A DNA stretch of 64,000 bases from Anolis carolinensis. Taxonomy: Eukaryota. A program made the translations under genes and the position numbers. This document shows, one piece after another, positions 41,503-54,059 of the stretch (its first letter is position 1; every line of letters begins with the position of its first letter). The notes below the pieces were generated by a model, which worked only from the letters and a program-made list of their open reading frames with translations, ran no database searches and had not been told where the DNA came from. The DNA lies in the NCBI RefSeq assembly GCF_035594765.1, contig NC_085843.1, positions 246,241,971 to 246,305,970 of the forward strand, in the 5' to 3' direction.

Positions 41503-41635
41503 CAGGCATGGGCAAACTTGGGCCCTCCAGGTGTTTTGGACTTCAACCCCACAATTCCTAACAGTCTGCTGGCTGTTAGGAATTGTTGGAGTTGATATCC
41601 AAAACACCTGGAGGACCCAAGTTTGCCCATGCCTG
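41503..41635. mobile_element. Short palindromic hAT MITE
   Basis: TIRs CAGGCATGGGCAAACTT / AAGTTTGCCCATGCCTG; perfect 8-bp TSD gtctacac. A second copy lies at 51729-51859. Confidence 0.88.
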
Positions 41636-42052
41636 GTCTACACTGTCCATATAATGAAGTTTCAGATCGCATTATATGGCAGTATAGCTCCACCCTATGT
41701 TTATGCTCAGAAAAGTCATGCCAGTGAAAACTACCACAAAGTACGCAGCTGACTTCCAACCATTTAACATGTAAGACACTGAACTGGGGCCTAATCTGAG
41801 TTTCCAACGTATCCAATCCTAGTCTATCCTAGCTTTTATTTCAATCCTATCTCAGGATGCATAATTTAATTTATGTAGATGCCACCTTTCCCCCTATGGT
41901 TGGGATAAACAGCGGCTTACAAAAGAACCTTTAATAGAGATTGGAGCCCTCCGTGGCACAGCGTGTTAAAGTGCTGAGCTGCTGAACGTGTAGACTGAAA
42001 GGTCACAGGTTCAAATTCAGAGTGGAGTGAGCTCCCACTGTTAGTCCCAGCT

Positions 42053-43067
42053 GATGGTCTGAAAGGACCCTGTTGACCATTTCTGCTACCTTGGCAGCCA
42101 CCTCTCCACAAAAGTCAACATCGACACTGAAATACAACACCGCCTGAGCTCTGCGAGTGCAGCATTTTTCCAAATGAAGCAGAAAGTGTTGTCGAAGGCT
42201 TTCATGGCCGGGATTACAGGGTTGTTGTATGTCTTTCAGGCTGTGTGGCCATGTTCCAGAAATATTCTCTCCTGACGTTTCGCCATAGATGTGGGCGAAA
42301 CTTCAGGAGAGAATACTTCTGGAACATGGCCACACAGCCTGAAAGACATACAACAACCTGAAGCAGAGAGTGTTTGATGACCAGGACATCCGTAAAGATA
42401 CCAAGGTGCTTGTTTATAAAGCCATCGTCCTCCCAACCCTGCTCTATGCTATGCCTGCGAAATGTGGACGGTCTACAGACGTCACACTCAATGCGTTTCC
42501 ATCAGCGTTGCCTCAGTAAAATCCTGCAAATCTCTTGGGAAGACAGGCGGACAAATGTCAGTGTGCTGGAAGAAGCAAAGACCACCAGCATTGAAGCGAT
42601 GCTCCTATGCCATCAACTCCGCTGGACTGGACACGTTGTCCGAATGCCCAATCACCGTCTCCCAAAGCAGTTACTCTACTCCCAACTCAAGAACGGGAAA
42701 CGTAATGTTGGTGGGCAGGAAAAGGGATTTAAAAATGGACTTAAAGCCAACCTTAAAAACTGTGGCATAGACACTGAGAACTGGCAATCCCTGGCCCTTG
42801 AGCGCTCTAACTGGAGGTCAGCTGTGACCAGCAGTGTTGCGGAGTTCGAAGAGGCACGAATGGAGGGCTTAAGGGAGAAACATGCCAAGAGGAAGGAGCG
42901 TCAAGCCAACCCTGACTGGGACTGCCTCCCACCTGGAAACCGATATCCTCACTGTGGGAGAACATGCGGGTCAAGAATAGGTCTCCGTAGATGGCTATCT
43001 ACGGACACACACCCAAGACCCCACAACTGGAAGGCCATCGTCCTCGGCCTACACGGGAGCTAAAAGC
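42053..43067 (+). mobile_element. 5'-truncated RTE LINE, same family as 1-750, frameshifted
   Basis: Protein similarity to ORF 23-793; 11-bp TSD tagtcccagct at 42042-42052 and 43068-43078. Confidence 0.9.
42191..42358. mobile_element. Penelope-derived hairpin inserted in the RTE
   Basis: Near-perfect inverted repeat of about 65 bp; flanking 16-bp duplication tgaagcagaaagtgtt / tgaagcagagagtgtt. Confidence 0.8.
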
Positions 43068-43779
43068 TAGTCCCAGCTTCTGCCAACCTAGCAGTTCGAA
43101 AACATGCAAGTGTGAGTAGATCAATAGGTACCGCTCTGGCGGGAAGGTAACGGCGCTGCATGGTCACGCCTATGGCCACATGACCTTGGAGGCGTCTACG
43201 GACAACGACGGCTCTTCGGCTTAGAAATGGAGATGAGCACCAACCCCCAGAGTCAGACCCGACTAGACTTAATGCCAGGGGAAAACCTTTACCTAGAGAT
43301 TGTATCTATTATGGTGTAGTGGCTCGAGTATTGGAGACCTGGGTTTGAATTGCAGCCTCAGTCATGGAAACCCCATTGACTAATTTTGGGCAAGTCACAC
43401 TGTCTCAGCCTCAGAGGAAGGCAAAGACAAACCTGCTCTGAAAAAAACCTTGCCATGATTGGCTTGACATTAATTGGAAACTAATCAAAAGCACATAAAG
43501 CACAACCATCGAACTATTGTAAAACCCAGATCATTTCTAAACCCCAAATTGACAATAAATCTGTAAGAAACTATTTTAAAACTTTAGCACATGGTATCAC
43601 AATTACGTTCCCCCTTAAGAGTTCCAAATATCAGAGCCTGGATCTTTGCTTTAACTTTTCAAGACGGGTTTGAAACCTAGCATTGGTCTTTAACTGATCA
43701 TAACACTAGTAAAAACTCATAATACTCTGCACATGCTCAGAGGTACCCTTAGTGTTAAGTTTCTTCTCATACCAAACAT

Positions 43780-44110
43780 GCCTGCAGCCCGCTATGCTGG
43801 TTATATATCAGGTAACGTGTGTATGGCCCTACACGTGTACGCACTTATGACCCTTGGGATGAATTTCTCCTTCAGTCCGTCTTCCGCGATTCCGCCTCCA
43901 ATCGGCGAGGGCTGGACTTTCCCTTTTGGATTTGAAAGTATCTTCCCCCCCCCCCCCCCGAAGTAGCTCAAATGGACTCGTCCGCTGGAAAACAGACAGA
44001 CCCGTCCCTGGGAAGGAGCTTTTTACGGACGCAACCAATTCTGCAGGGGGTGATAATAATAGGCTGAGGCGGGGCTTGGAAAGGCAGCGTGTTAAATTTG
44101 GAAGCGTTGA
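43780..44110. promoter_or_regulatory. Candidate NMNAT3 promoter / small CpG-rich region
   Basis: Non-repeat CpG cluster in an otherwise CpG-depleted background: CCAAT at 43898 and 44035, GC box GAGGCGGGGC at 44066-44075, E-box CACGTG at 43832. It lies upstream of the first coding exon, which has an acceptor and so needs a 5' UTR exon. Confidence 0.55.
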
Positions 44111-44269
44111 TTTTCCTACTGCCTGCTTTTCTTTAAAAACAAATCTGCCTTAAAGGGAAAGAGCAGGTCCTAGCCTCATATACTGTATACAGAAAATTAT
44201 ATTCTTATTTTAAAAAGCAAACTTTACACTGAGACCCACTGGAGCGTTGCATCACACCAAAATACTGGT

Positions 44270-44957
44270 GAGTCAGGCTGTTTCCTGCCTGGGGGAGTCC
44301 TTTGTTGGGAGGTGTTAACTGGCCCTGATTGTTTCCTTTCTGGAATTCCCCTGTTTTTTGAGTTGTTAGAGTGGTCCAGCATTTCTCTGTGTTCTCAAAA
44401 AATATGCTGTGTCCAGGTTGGTCCATCAAGTGCTCTCCTATGTCTGACTTCTCTGATTGAATAGTCTGCAATGCCTTTCATCTTCTCTGATGCGTGTTTG
44501 GGCATTGGACCACTCTTACAACCACCATGTCAGTTTACACAGAGGAAACCATGAGAATGAACAAAATCTGGCTATAAATATTTTTAAAAACTCTAAAACC
44601 AGGACAGCAAATAAAGAACAACACTCTGAAAACATGGGAATTCCAGACATGAAACAATCAGGGCCAGCTAATCACCTCCCAAAAAAGGATTCCCCCAGGC
44701 AGGAAGCAGCCAGGCTTTGAAGCCGCAAGGCCATTCAATGCTAATCAAGGTGGCCAATTGCAACATTCACACTTCCCTCAAACAGACGAAGTTCTTTCTC
44801 TCACCCTGAACATTCCACAGATATATAAACCTTACTTGCCTAGTTTCTAACAGACCTCACAACATCGGAGGATGCCTGCCATAGTTGTGGGCGAAACGTC
44901 AGGAGAGAATGGTTCTGGAACATTGCCAAACAGCCCAGAATACTAACAGCAACCCAG
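44270..44957 (+). mobile_element. Penelope-like element fragment with inverted 5' segment
   Basis: Minus-strand GIY-YIG-region remnant (IQSEKSDIGEHLMDQPGHSIFFENTE) joined to an oppositely oriented 3' end with a TATA box and hammerhead motif. 44270-44400 is the inverted copy of about 44600-44715. Confidence 0.8.
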
Positions 44958-45138
44958 ATAGATAAGATAGATAGGTTTTTAAAAAGATTTCCATTCTTCT
45001 AATAGTGTGTCTAATGACTTATCCCATTTCTGATTTATAGCAGATCCTAGTTTTGTTGAAAAAAAAGTTTTGACTTGCCCAAGGTCATCCAGAGCAAGAA
45101 AGTGAACCCTGGTCTCCCAGTGTCCCAGGGTGCATCTA

Positions 45139-45465
45139 GTAAAGGTAAAGGTTTTCCCCTGTCATTAAGTCTAGTCGTGTCCAACTCTGGGGGTTGGTGC
45201 TCATCTCCATTTCTAAGCCGAAGAGCCGGCATATACACATATAAGGTAATGTGGCCATAGGCATGACTGCATGGAGCACTGTTACCTTCCTACTGGAGCG
45301 GTACCTATTGATCTACTCACATTTGCTTGTTTTCAAACTGCTAGGTTGGCAGAAGCTGGGGCTAACAGCAGGAGCTCACCCCGCTCCCTGGATTCGAACC
45401 ACCATCCTTTTGGTCAGCAAGTTCAGCAGCTCAGCAGTTTAACCCGCTGAGCCTTCGGGGGCTCT
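45139..45465 (-). mobile_element. Sauria SINE inserted into the TIR of a Harbinger-like MITE (about 45467-45681)
   Basis: Full SINE body with an (ACCTTT)n-type tail; 12-bp TSD agggtgcatcta at 45127-45138 and 45466-45477. Confidence 0.88.
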
Positions 45466-46857
45466 AGGGTGCATCTACACTGTTGAATTAATACAGTTTG
45501 ATAGCACTTTAAACTGCCATGGCTCAATGTGATGGGTCATGAGAGTTGTAGTTTTGCAAAGTCTTTAGCCTTCTCTGCCAAAGAGTGCTGGAGCCTCAGC
45601 AAACTACAACTCCCAGAGCATTGAGTCATCACATTTAAATTAGTGTCAAACTGCATTAATTCTGCAGTGTAGATGCACTCCTAAGGCATGTGTCACCAAT
45701 GCTTTAGGAGCAGACATATCTAGGAATAGTTGATGCCAAAAACACTAAAAGGAGGGCCTTGTGGTTTTACTCTCTGTGCAAAGTTTTACGTGTGGCTAGA
45801 AAGGCCTCTAACAGTTGACTTCCTATCATTCTTGACTATTCAGATCAAGTGAAGTCAGCTTAGCCATTAACTTCAGTGGATATATGCCTTTGTTTATGCT
45901 CATGTGCTTTCTCCCTCCCCGCTGAACTGTAAGAGACAGAACATCAATTTTAATTTCATTAATCTGCAATTACAGAGTGCAAAGAGGTGGTCTAATGTCA
46001 TCTTGGGGGAAAATTATAGTTTCCTGGTTGGCACCTAAACAAAACCTCCTCGTTTGTATAATGTCCATTTCCATTTAGATGACCTTTCATCCTAGTGCGG
46101 TTTTTTATTATTATTTTATTTTTTGTGGGTGAACTGGTCGTTTTTCAGAATACCTTATTACAGTCCCGACTACATTTCTGTCATAAATATGATTAATCTC
46201 AGACAGTAATTCAAACCGTCGTGCTTTGGGAGAACACACCAACAGAAAATTGAATAAAACGGAGATTTGCTCGACAAGAATCCTATAAATCAGCAACAAA
46301 CAACAAATTCTAATTGGGTCAGTATTACCTCTTTTGCCAGGAGTTTTGCCAGGAGTTTTAAGCTGCTGTTGTTACTGTTGTTTTAAGGATAGGCTTATTT
46401 GAAAAATAAGTAAAAATGAAATACTACTGTGTCGTACTGTACTTTAAAAAGTGCTAAATTATTACCATCACCATTATACCATCATTGGTGAGACTGGGGT
46501 TAGTGGGTAATAATTATTTTTATGGAGCCAGTCCTTTCAGGAACAGAATCAGACCAATATGTTCTGATGTGGATCTCACTGAAATAAAACTGAATTGCCA
46601 CTTATTCAGCCTTCTTTTCCACTTCTGTGGAATGAAAAGGTGTTTGGCAGATAGGTCCTCTGGCAATAAGATTTATTGTGTTTGCTTTAAAAAGGAAATT
46701 GCTGAGCTTTCTAATACAGGTCTCTTCCTGTTCCTTCCTGATTGGAATCGCTACTGGGATGGATGGTATTTCGGCTTCATCATTACCATGGACCTTGCTT
46801 TGCATTTCTTATTGGTTTAAGCTTCAGGGACCAAAAGTGCCAATGCAGCCTTTCTTA

Positions 46858-47008
46858 GGGCCCTTCCAGACCGGCCCTATATCCCCGGATCTGATCCCAG
46901 GTTTTCCATTTATCCCTGATTACTTGGCAATGTGAACTCATATAGTCCATTTTAAAACAGAAAACCTGGGATCGGATTTTGGGATATAGGACCTGTCTGG
47001 AAGGGTCC
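46858..47008. mobile_element. PIF/Harbinger-like MITE
   Basis: TIRs GGGCCCTTCCAGAC / GTCTGGAAGGGTCC with a TTA TSD. Confidence 0.78.
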
Positions 47009-47009
47009 T

Positions 47010-47700
47010 TAGAATCATAGAGATGGAAAAGATCACAAGGGTCTTCCAATCCAACCCTCATCATGTAGGAAAACACAATCAAAGCACCCCCGACAGATGG
47101 CCATCCAGCCTCTGCTTAAAAGCCTCCAGAAAAGGAGACTCAGAGATAGCATATTCCACTCCCAAACAGCTTTTACTGCCAGGAAGTTCTTCCAAATGTT
47201 TAAGTGTAACATTTTTCTATAATATGAAAGTATTGCTCCAGAGCAGCAGAAAACAAGCTTGCCCCCTCCTCAATATGACATTCTTTCAAGTATATAAACA
47301 TGGCTATCATGTCCCCGCTCAGCCTTCTTTTCTCCAAGCCAAACATACCCAGCTCCCTCAGCTCTTCCTCATGAGACTTGGCTTCCAAACCTTTGATCAT
47401 TTTGGACACATTCCAGCTTGTCAATTTTCTTTTTGAATTTTTGGTGCCCAGAACTGGACACAATATTATTCCACGTGAGGTCTGACCAAAGCAGAATAGA
47501 GTGGGACTGTGATGTTCCTCAATCTCAACACTATACTCCTATTGATGCAGCCTAGAATCACATTGTCTTTTTTATCTGCCGCATCACGTTGTTGAGTCAT
47601 GCTCAGCTTGTGGTCTATTAAGCTTCCCAGATCCGTTTCACATATACTGTTTTCATGCCAGGTGTCACCCATCCTATATCTGTGCTTATCATTTTAATTG
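47010..47700 (-). mobile_element. CR1 LINE 3' fragment
   Basis: DLGSLIDHKLSMTQQ...ILGCINRSI...VPLYSALVRPHVE and LRELGMFGLEKRRLSGDMIA; TTCTA-type tail at about 47010. Confidence 0.88.
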
Positions 47701-50637
47701 CCAATGTGTTGTTTCATGGTTGGGGGATATTACAATGCACACGGTCTTACTCTACTGTTGCCACCTTCTATTGCTATAGTGCAACAATAATTTGTAACAC
47801 AGTACCTTGATGGAGATACCATCTCAATAAGTAAGGTCAAAGGATACAGACTTGTAGCAGCACATTGAAATCCTTGGAGGAGGTGGAAAGCTCTGGACGT
47901 GGGGATATATATGTTCATGATTTTGTTTATGGTTCTGCTGATGAAGCAATTCAATTTATTATTCTGAATGATTTTCTTCAATCACTTCATATAAGTTATA
48001 ATGAGATACTGCTACTAAGAAATCGGAATTGGGATCCCAGCTTTTCTGGATATGAAAAAGACATTGTACCTAGGCATCTTACCTGGCCCTGGGTACAGAT
48101 CTAGAAGTTGCATATTTTCTGAGCATATTAGGGAAGCAAAATAAGTAATAAGCAAACATTAAGAGTTTAGAGGCTGTAAACCAAGTCAGGATCCCTCGGA
48201 GCCTTGAAAAGTTACTTTTTATGTACCAGAGCTCCCAGAGTTGCACAGAAGCATGTGGCCATGCTGGATGTGAATTCTGGGAGTTGTCATCCAAAAAGTT
48301 GAGATGGATCCACGTACCCTTGACTTGATTCTTTTCTCTCAAAAAGAAAACAAAAGATAGCTAGCTCTTCCATTAAACCGGTAAGAAGGAGAAATGCATA
48401 TTGCTTCTGCCGAAATAGAAGGAAATGAAAAGTGGAAACCCATTATCTAGACATTAGAAAGATTTTGAGCATCATTAAGTGCAGAAAGGAAAACGCACTG
48501 GGGTCAGAGTAATAATATTATTCTTTTATTTACAAGTGCATCTCAGATGCATGAAAACTGTTTTAATGTAATACAATTAAACATAAATTCATGCATTTTG
48601 TTTCTGGAAGCAGCTCACAGGCAACATCAGCTATTTTTGGCTGGCTGTTGAAGATCCCTGACATTTATAAAGATAAGTGGTAACACATCTAGAATCATGC
48701 AACAGCAGAAGGCCTCCACAATAGCAATCTTTCCTGGACATTACTGCAGGACCACTTTCTTGTTGGCTGGTGATGATGGGCATTGTAGTCTAGCACAAAC
48801 ACATTGATGAAGACTCATTAATGAGTGATGCGCATATCAGCACTTCTAGGAACCCTAACTCTCACAACATCTGCCTGGCTAGTAGCATCTGTCAAGAGTT
48901 GAATTGCCCTTGACCTGTAAAGAAAATGCAAACAAAAAAAAATTCAACAAATAATAACAACATCCAAACATATAGTAGAGAGATAAAGACCCCTTTCACA
49001 CAGCTGAATAAAATCCCACATTATTGGCTTTGAACTGGAATATATGGCAGTGTGGACTCAGATAACCCAGTTCAAAGCTGATATTGTGGGATTTTCTGCC
49101 GGGATATTCTGGTTTATATGACTGTATGGAAGGGTCCAAAGTGAATACTAGAATTACTAGAAATCATATATGTCTCTACTCAGAAGTAAGACAGGGTGCA
49201 TTTACACTGTAGAATTGATGCAGTTTGACAACACTTTAACTGTCATGGTTCAGTGCTGTGAAATCCTGAGATTTGCCACTTGCTGAGGCACCAGCACTCT
49301 TTGGCAGAGAAAACTAACCAACTTTTAAAACTACAACTCCCATGATTTCATAGCATTGAGCAATGCAGTTTAATTGGTGCCAAACAGCATTAATGGACAG
49401 TTTTGATGCACACTGAGTGTGTCTGGTCAAAGGGGCTTACTGCCAGAGAAGTACAGTAGGTACATATTGCTTCTAAATGACTTCAAAGGGAAAAAACTAA
49501 CTTACCACAAGGGCAAACTAATCAGTAATATTTATTATCAGATAATAATCATAAAATAATAGTGTCCTGGAGTTCTACAGAAGAATAAAAATGTTTTAAC
49601 CTGGTGTAAAAGTATGTTTTAAATGGCTATACCATGACTTTCTAAAATTCAAGGTGGCTTATAAAAAAATTAAAGCAATAACCCCAGACATTTTATCTGC
49701 ATGATGAATATAAATGTAGCCTCCCACACAAAACAGAATGAGCTATCATAAGTTGTAACAGTAGTAGGAAGATCTCGATAAAATTCTCCATTCCAAAGCC
49801 CTGAGGATTTGGTGAGTTTTGCACCTCCGCTCGAAGGTTAAAAGAGAAGAGTAACAATAAGCTTCATGGGTTTATTTCATAGATAATTATGGTGAAGGCT
49901 TCTCGCTTCAGATTCTAGCACTTCATACCCCACAGACAGATGGAGAGTGGAAGCCCAAACTATGTGGAAATGGCCTGTTTCTCTTTGGGGAGGAGGAAAA
50001 AAACTGAGCAACTAATGTAATCATTCCCCAAACTGGTGTTAAAACACAAAGCTATTGCTATGATATGCATAATCATATCCCACTATATATGACCTTAATA
50101 GGAGTGGTTTCCAAAATAAAGAAATTATAGCTATTCCTCCACATTTGCAGTTTTGACTATTGCAGTTTGATTCATCATGAATTTGAATTAAAAAATTCCC
50201 TCTAGGAATCTCTTTAGCTTTCTCTTCCAAACAGAGCTGATACCTCACTAAACTATAACCGTCATGAGTCCATAGCATTGAGTCAGGGCAGTTAGAGTGA
50301 TGTCAAAATGCATTAATTCTACAGTATAAATGCCCCCTAAGGGCATATCAAGGCAAATAATCCACAATATCTGCTTTGAACTAGATTATATGAGCTCACA
50401 CTGCCATACAATCCAGTTCAATGTAGATTTTATACAGCTGTGTGGAAGGGGCCTTAGTTTGCAAGAATTGAAGTAAGTTGAGGACAACGAAGGGAAATGG
50501 AAGAGAGAAGTTGCATTATTTTAAAATCCAGTGAAGAAGTAGACAACAGAATTAATTTATGGTATTAAATCTGTAAAGTTGGGGATATGAGGTTAGGGAA
50601 AAAATATAAACCTTCCTTGTTTGGTTTTTTCCAATAT

Positions 50638-50732
50638 ACCTCACAACCTCTGAGGATGCCTGCCATAGATGTGGGCAAAACATCAGGAGAGAATGCTTCT
50701 AGAACATGGCCTGAAGAACACACAACAACCCT
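50638..50732 (+). mobile_element. Penelope terminal fragment with decayed hammerhead
   Basis: cctcacaacctctgaggatgcctgccatagatgtgggcaaaacatcaggagagaatgcttctagaacatggcc matches the other PLE ends. Confidence 0.75.
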
Positions 50733-51728
50733 GAAAAAATATTATTTATTTTATGTTACAATGATTTTTTAATCATTAATACCTTTTGTATTCAAGGAGG
50801 GGATGTGCTTAAATTATTCCAAATTTTCATTTAAATTTACATTACACTACTACATAAAAAATTACCCAAATGCAGGTAAAAAAAATCACATCCATCTTTT
50901 ACCAATTTCTTCTTGCCACATTTGGCCCCAGTTACTTCACCCCACTTTTCCTTGCTACTTTCTTTTTATGTTGCCTCCTTCAAATTCTCTTTCATTTCCA
51001 CTAATTTTTCTATTTTTCTCCTCCTAGCTGTCCTTCTCCAATGCTCTATGCTCTCTTTCTATGATCTCTGTCTCTCTTGGATTCTCATTTTTTGTATAGT
51101 ACTCTGAAGAGTTTCTTTCTTCTTTATTTCCCTGGTGCCCTTCACCCATCTTCATAATTGTCTGGTTCTGTGTGAATCCTTTCCTCTGCTCTTTATCTGC
51201 ACACCTCTCCTTTCCCACTTCCATGTAATTCTTTGGCTCCCCACACCCATGTTATTGTCTGCATAGGAAGGCTTTTCTTTTCCATGTGCACCCTTGCACC
51301 ATGGGCTGCTTCTGCCTTCATCTCTCCAGTTATGATGTCCCTTGAGATCACTGATCACTGCATTAACTGCTGCCATAGAGTCACAAGATCAGTGGGAGGC
51401 AGTGGATGAGGAGTACAACATTGCAAATGAAAATGCTACCTTCTTCTGGAAAATGCCCTCAAAAACCACACTAAAAGCCAATCCATCAATGTCAAAAACA
51501 TGAGATCTTTCACAGTTTTAATACAGTTTTGGATTTCCTGGGTAGTATTTTAAAATTCATAGTAAACTTTCCAAACTAGGGAGGGGCACGAGAATGAAAG
51601 AAGCTGGTTAGGCAATTTTGCTAATAAACGTTCTGATTTCATATCAACAATAGGCCAATCATAGATCTTTTGGGGCCTTTGCTGATTATTAACTCTGCCT
51701 AGAAGTGGCCCTCATAGTGTCTCTATAC

Positions 51729-51859
51729 CAAACATGAGCAAACTTCAGCCCTCCAGGTGTTTTGGACTTCAACTCCCATAATTCCTAATGGTAAATTGGC
51801 TGGGATTTCTGGGTGTTGAAGTCCAAAACACCTGGAGGGCTGAAGTTTGTCCATACCTG
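51729..51859. mobile_element. Short hAT MITE
   Basis: Homologous to 41503-41635; TSD ctctatac / atctatac. Confidence 0.8.
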
Positions 51860-52049
51860 ATCTATACTGTAGGATTAACTAAGATCCCATCAACACAGCT
51901 GTATGATATCCACATTGAACTAGATTATATGGCAGTGTGCACCCAGATAACCCAGTACAAAGCCGATATTGTGGATTATCTGCCTTAATATTCTGGGTTA
52001 TATGGCTGTGTGGAAGAACTCTCAATTTGATGTCACTTTAACTGCTATA

Positions 52050-52372
52050 GGAGCCCCTCCGGTAGCGCAGTGGGTTAAACCACTCAGCTGCTGAACTTGC
52101 TGACCAGAAGGTCAGTGGTTCAAATCTGGGAAGTGGGGTGAGCTCCCGCTGTTAGCCCCAGCTTCTGCCAACCTAGCAGTTTGAAAACATGCAAATGTGA
52201 GTAGATTCAATAGGTACTGCTCCGGCGGTACGGTAATGGCGCTCCATGCAGTCATGTCTTGGAGATGTCTATGGACAATGCCGGCTCTTCAGCTTAGAAA
52301 TTGAGATGAGCACCAACCCTCAGAGTCAGACATGACTAGACTTAATGTCAGGGGAAAACCTTTACCTATACC
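52050..52372 (+). mobile_element. Sauria SINE
   Basis: tRNA-like head with A/B-box-like motifs, conserved body and acctttacctatacc tail; flanking duplication tttaactgctat / tttaactgccat. Confidence 0.88.
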
Positions 52373-53684
52373 TTTTAACTGCCATGGCTCAATGTTATGA
52401 AATCCCGAGAGTTGCAGTATTTGGCAGAGAAGGCAAAAGACCTTGTAAATTATACCCCCCCTTAATTTCACAACATTGAGCCATGGCAGTTAAAATGGTG
52501 TCAAACTAGATGCACTCTCTGAAACCCTTTAAATGTACCGTATGTTCTTTTCAAAAATGTTTTGTTTTGTTTGTGGTGGTGTGCCCTGGGATTTAATTTT
52601 TTTTAGAAAAGTCACTAAGTGAGAATAAAATATTTCTGTTGATACTGGGATTTGCCTCTGGATGTTTTGTGAAGAAAAGCAATGTCATTCATTTATTTAA
52701 AAAACAAACCCCTCAAGTTTTATAGCAACAAAAAGATTTCCTCCAATGGGAACATTTTCTTTCTCTGTTTTTCCCCTGCAGTTTCATTGTGAGCAAGGGT
52801 ATTCTATATTCTGGTTTATTTTCCTTCATGAAATGTATATTAACGTAATGAATATTAATTCAGTGATTCCAATCTCTAGATTTTTCTTTTTATATCCAGT
52901 CCCTGCCCCTGTATAACTTAAATGAATTAATTCTGTTGTTAATTACCATTCTGCACTGCTACCACTATGATTATTGGAAACTCTCTAGGGAAAATGCAAT
53001 GAAAAACATAAGGGGTCTGATGGGAATCTGCTAAAATTGGCTAATAATAACTGCAAAGGCTGTGGCTTAGCAAAGGCAATATCTATGCTGCAGAGTGGGA
53101 TAAGACTACAAATGGCAAACAAAAGACTGCCAATTATACAGTCTGTCTGGAGAATGCCAGGGCTCAGCAGCCTTGCCAGAAGTTTGGCATCTGTTTTGTG
53201 ATCATTCCCATTCAAAGTTCCTTTGAACTTCATGGAAAGTTGGGAATATAGAATTGCTGCAGTTTGTAGCTATGAATGTCTAAGATCTGTCAACGAATCA
53301 GCAAAGCTAGGCAAGGCAGTCTTTTGTGCTTCTGGCACTGTTCCTTGCCAATGAATATTTCTCGTATTGGGAAAGAATGAGCAAGACAGAAAAATATTCT
53401 GACACATTGCTTTAGGATGAAAGATCACTTGAAATATACGAAGACTCTGTAATGATATTTTTCAGTGCAGGTTGCGAAGGAGATCCAGGCGCAATTGAGC
53501 AAGCAGGTAGGATGTCCAGACAAAATATATAACAGGAGCCCTCTTCCTTTAATGGTTGTGCAAAAGGGAGGGTGTGTGTGTGTGTGACAAACAACACCTG
53601 CTGAAACTCACCTGCCAACCCTACAAGCAAATAGTAGCAATCCTATCAGGAGACTGAAATTCTTCAGGAGATCCAATATTCTTC

Positions 53685-54045
53685 TGTCATGGGACCAATT
53701 CCCAGGGCTGAATTTGCAAGCCCTGGATTTGGAGCCATAACATAAACAATCCTGAATGCCTCAGGAAAGCACCTGGCAGCAGAGCATGGGAACTCGGGGT
53801 TGAAAATCTAAACAATTATAATGAGTAGTTTGTGTGGGAATAGTAGAAATGTGAGACAGGGGGTGGGATTTGGTGATGATATTTACGTGTGGTGTTACGT
53901 TGCAACCAAGGTGATAAAATTGCTTGTATGTAAACATTATGTCATTCTCGACTTTTCCAAGTCGTGTGTTCTTCAATAAAGATCGGTTCTGATAGCAGCT
54001 GTCTTTGATCTGCGTTCATGCTGGTTGTTTGAAGTGAGCAGGACA
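53685..54045 (+). repeat. 5' LTR
   Basis: TGTCATGGG...CAGGACA; TATA-like GATAAAA at 53913-53919; Inr-like TCATTCT with its A at 53944; AATAAA at 53975-53980. Confidence 0.97.
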
Positions 54046-54048
54046 TTT

Positions 54049-54059
54049 AAGTCGAGAAT
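54049..54059 (+). promoter_or_regulatory. Self-priming primer-binding site
   Basis: AAGTCGAGAAT is the exact reverse complement of ATTCTCGACTT (53944-53954). There is no TGG tRNA-type PBS after the LTR. Confidence 0.8.

Larger units (their letters stand above)
41943..43295 (+). mobile_element. Sauria SINE split by an RTE insertion
   Basis: tRNA-like head (gtggcacagcgtgttaaa...ggttcaaattc) at 41943-42052. The body resumes at 43068 and ends in ggggaaaacctttacc. It matches the intact copies at 45139-45465 and 52050-52372. Confidence 0.85.

Noticed and set aside
41943-42030. tRNA-like sequence
   Set aside because: This is the head of a Sauria SINE; it does not form a complete cloverleaf.
51024-51376. 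Charged minus-strand ORFs
   Set aside because: Purine-skewed low-complexity sequence, possibly a very old LINE remnant, with no motif I can support.
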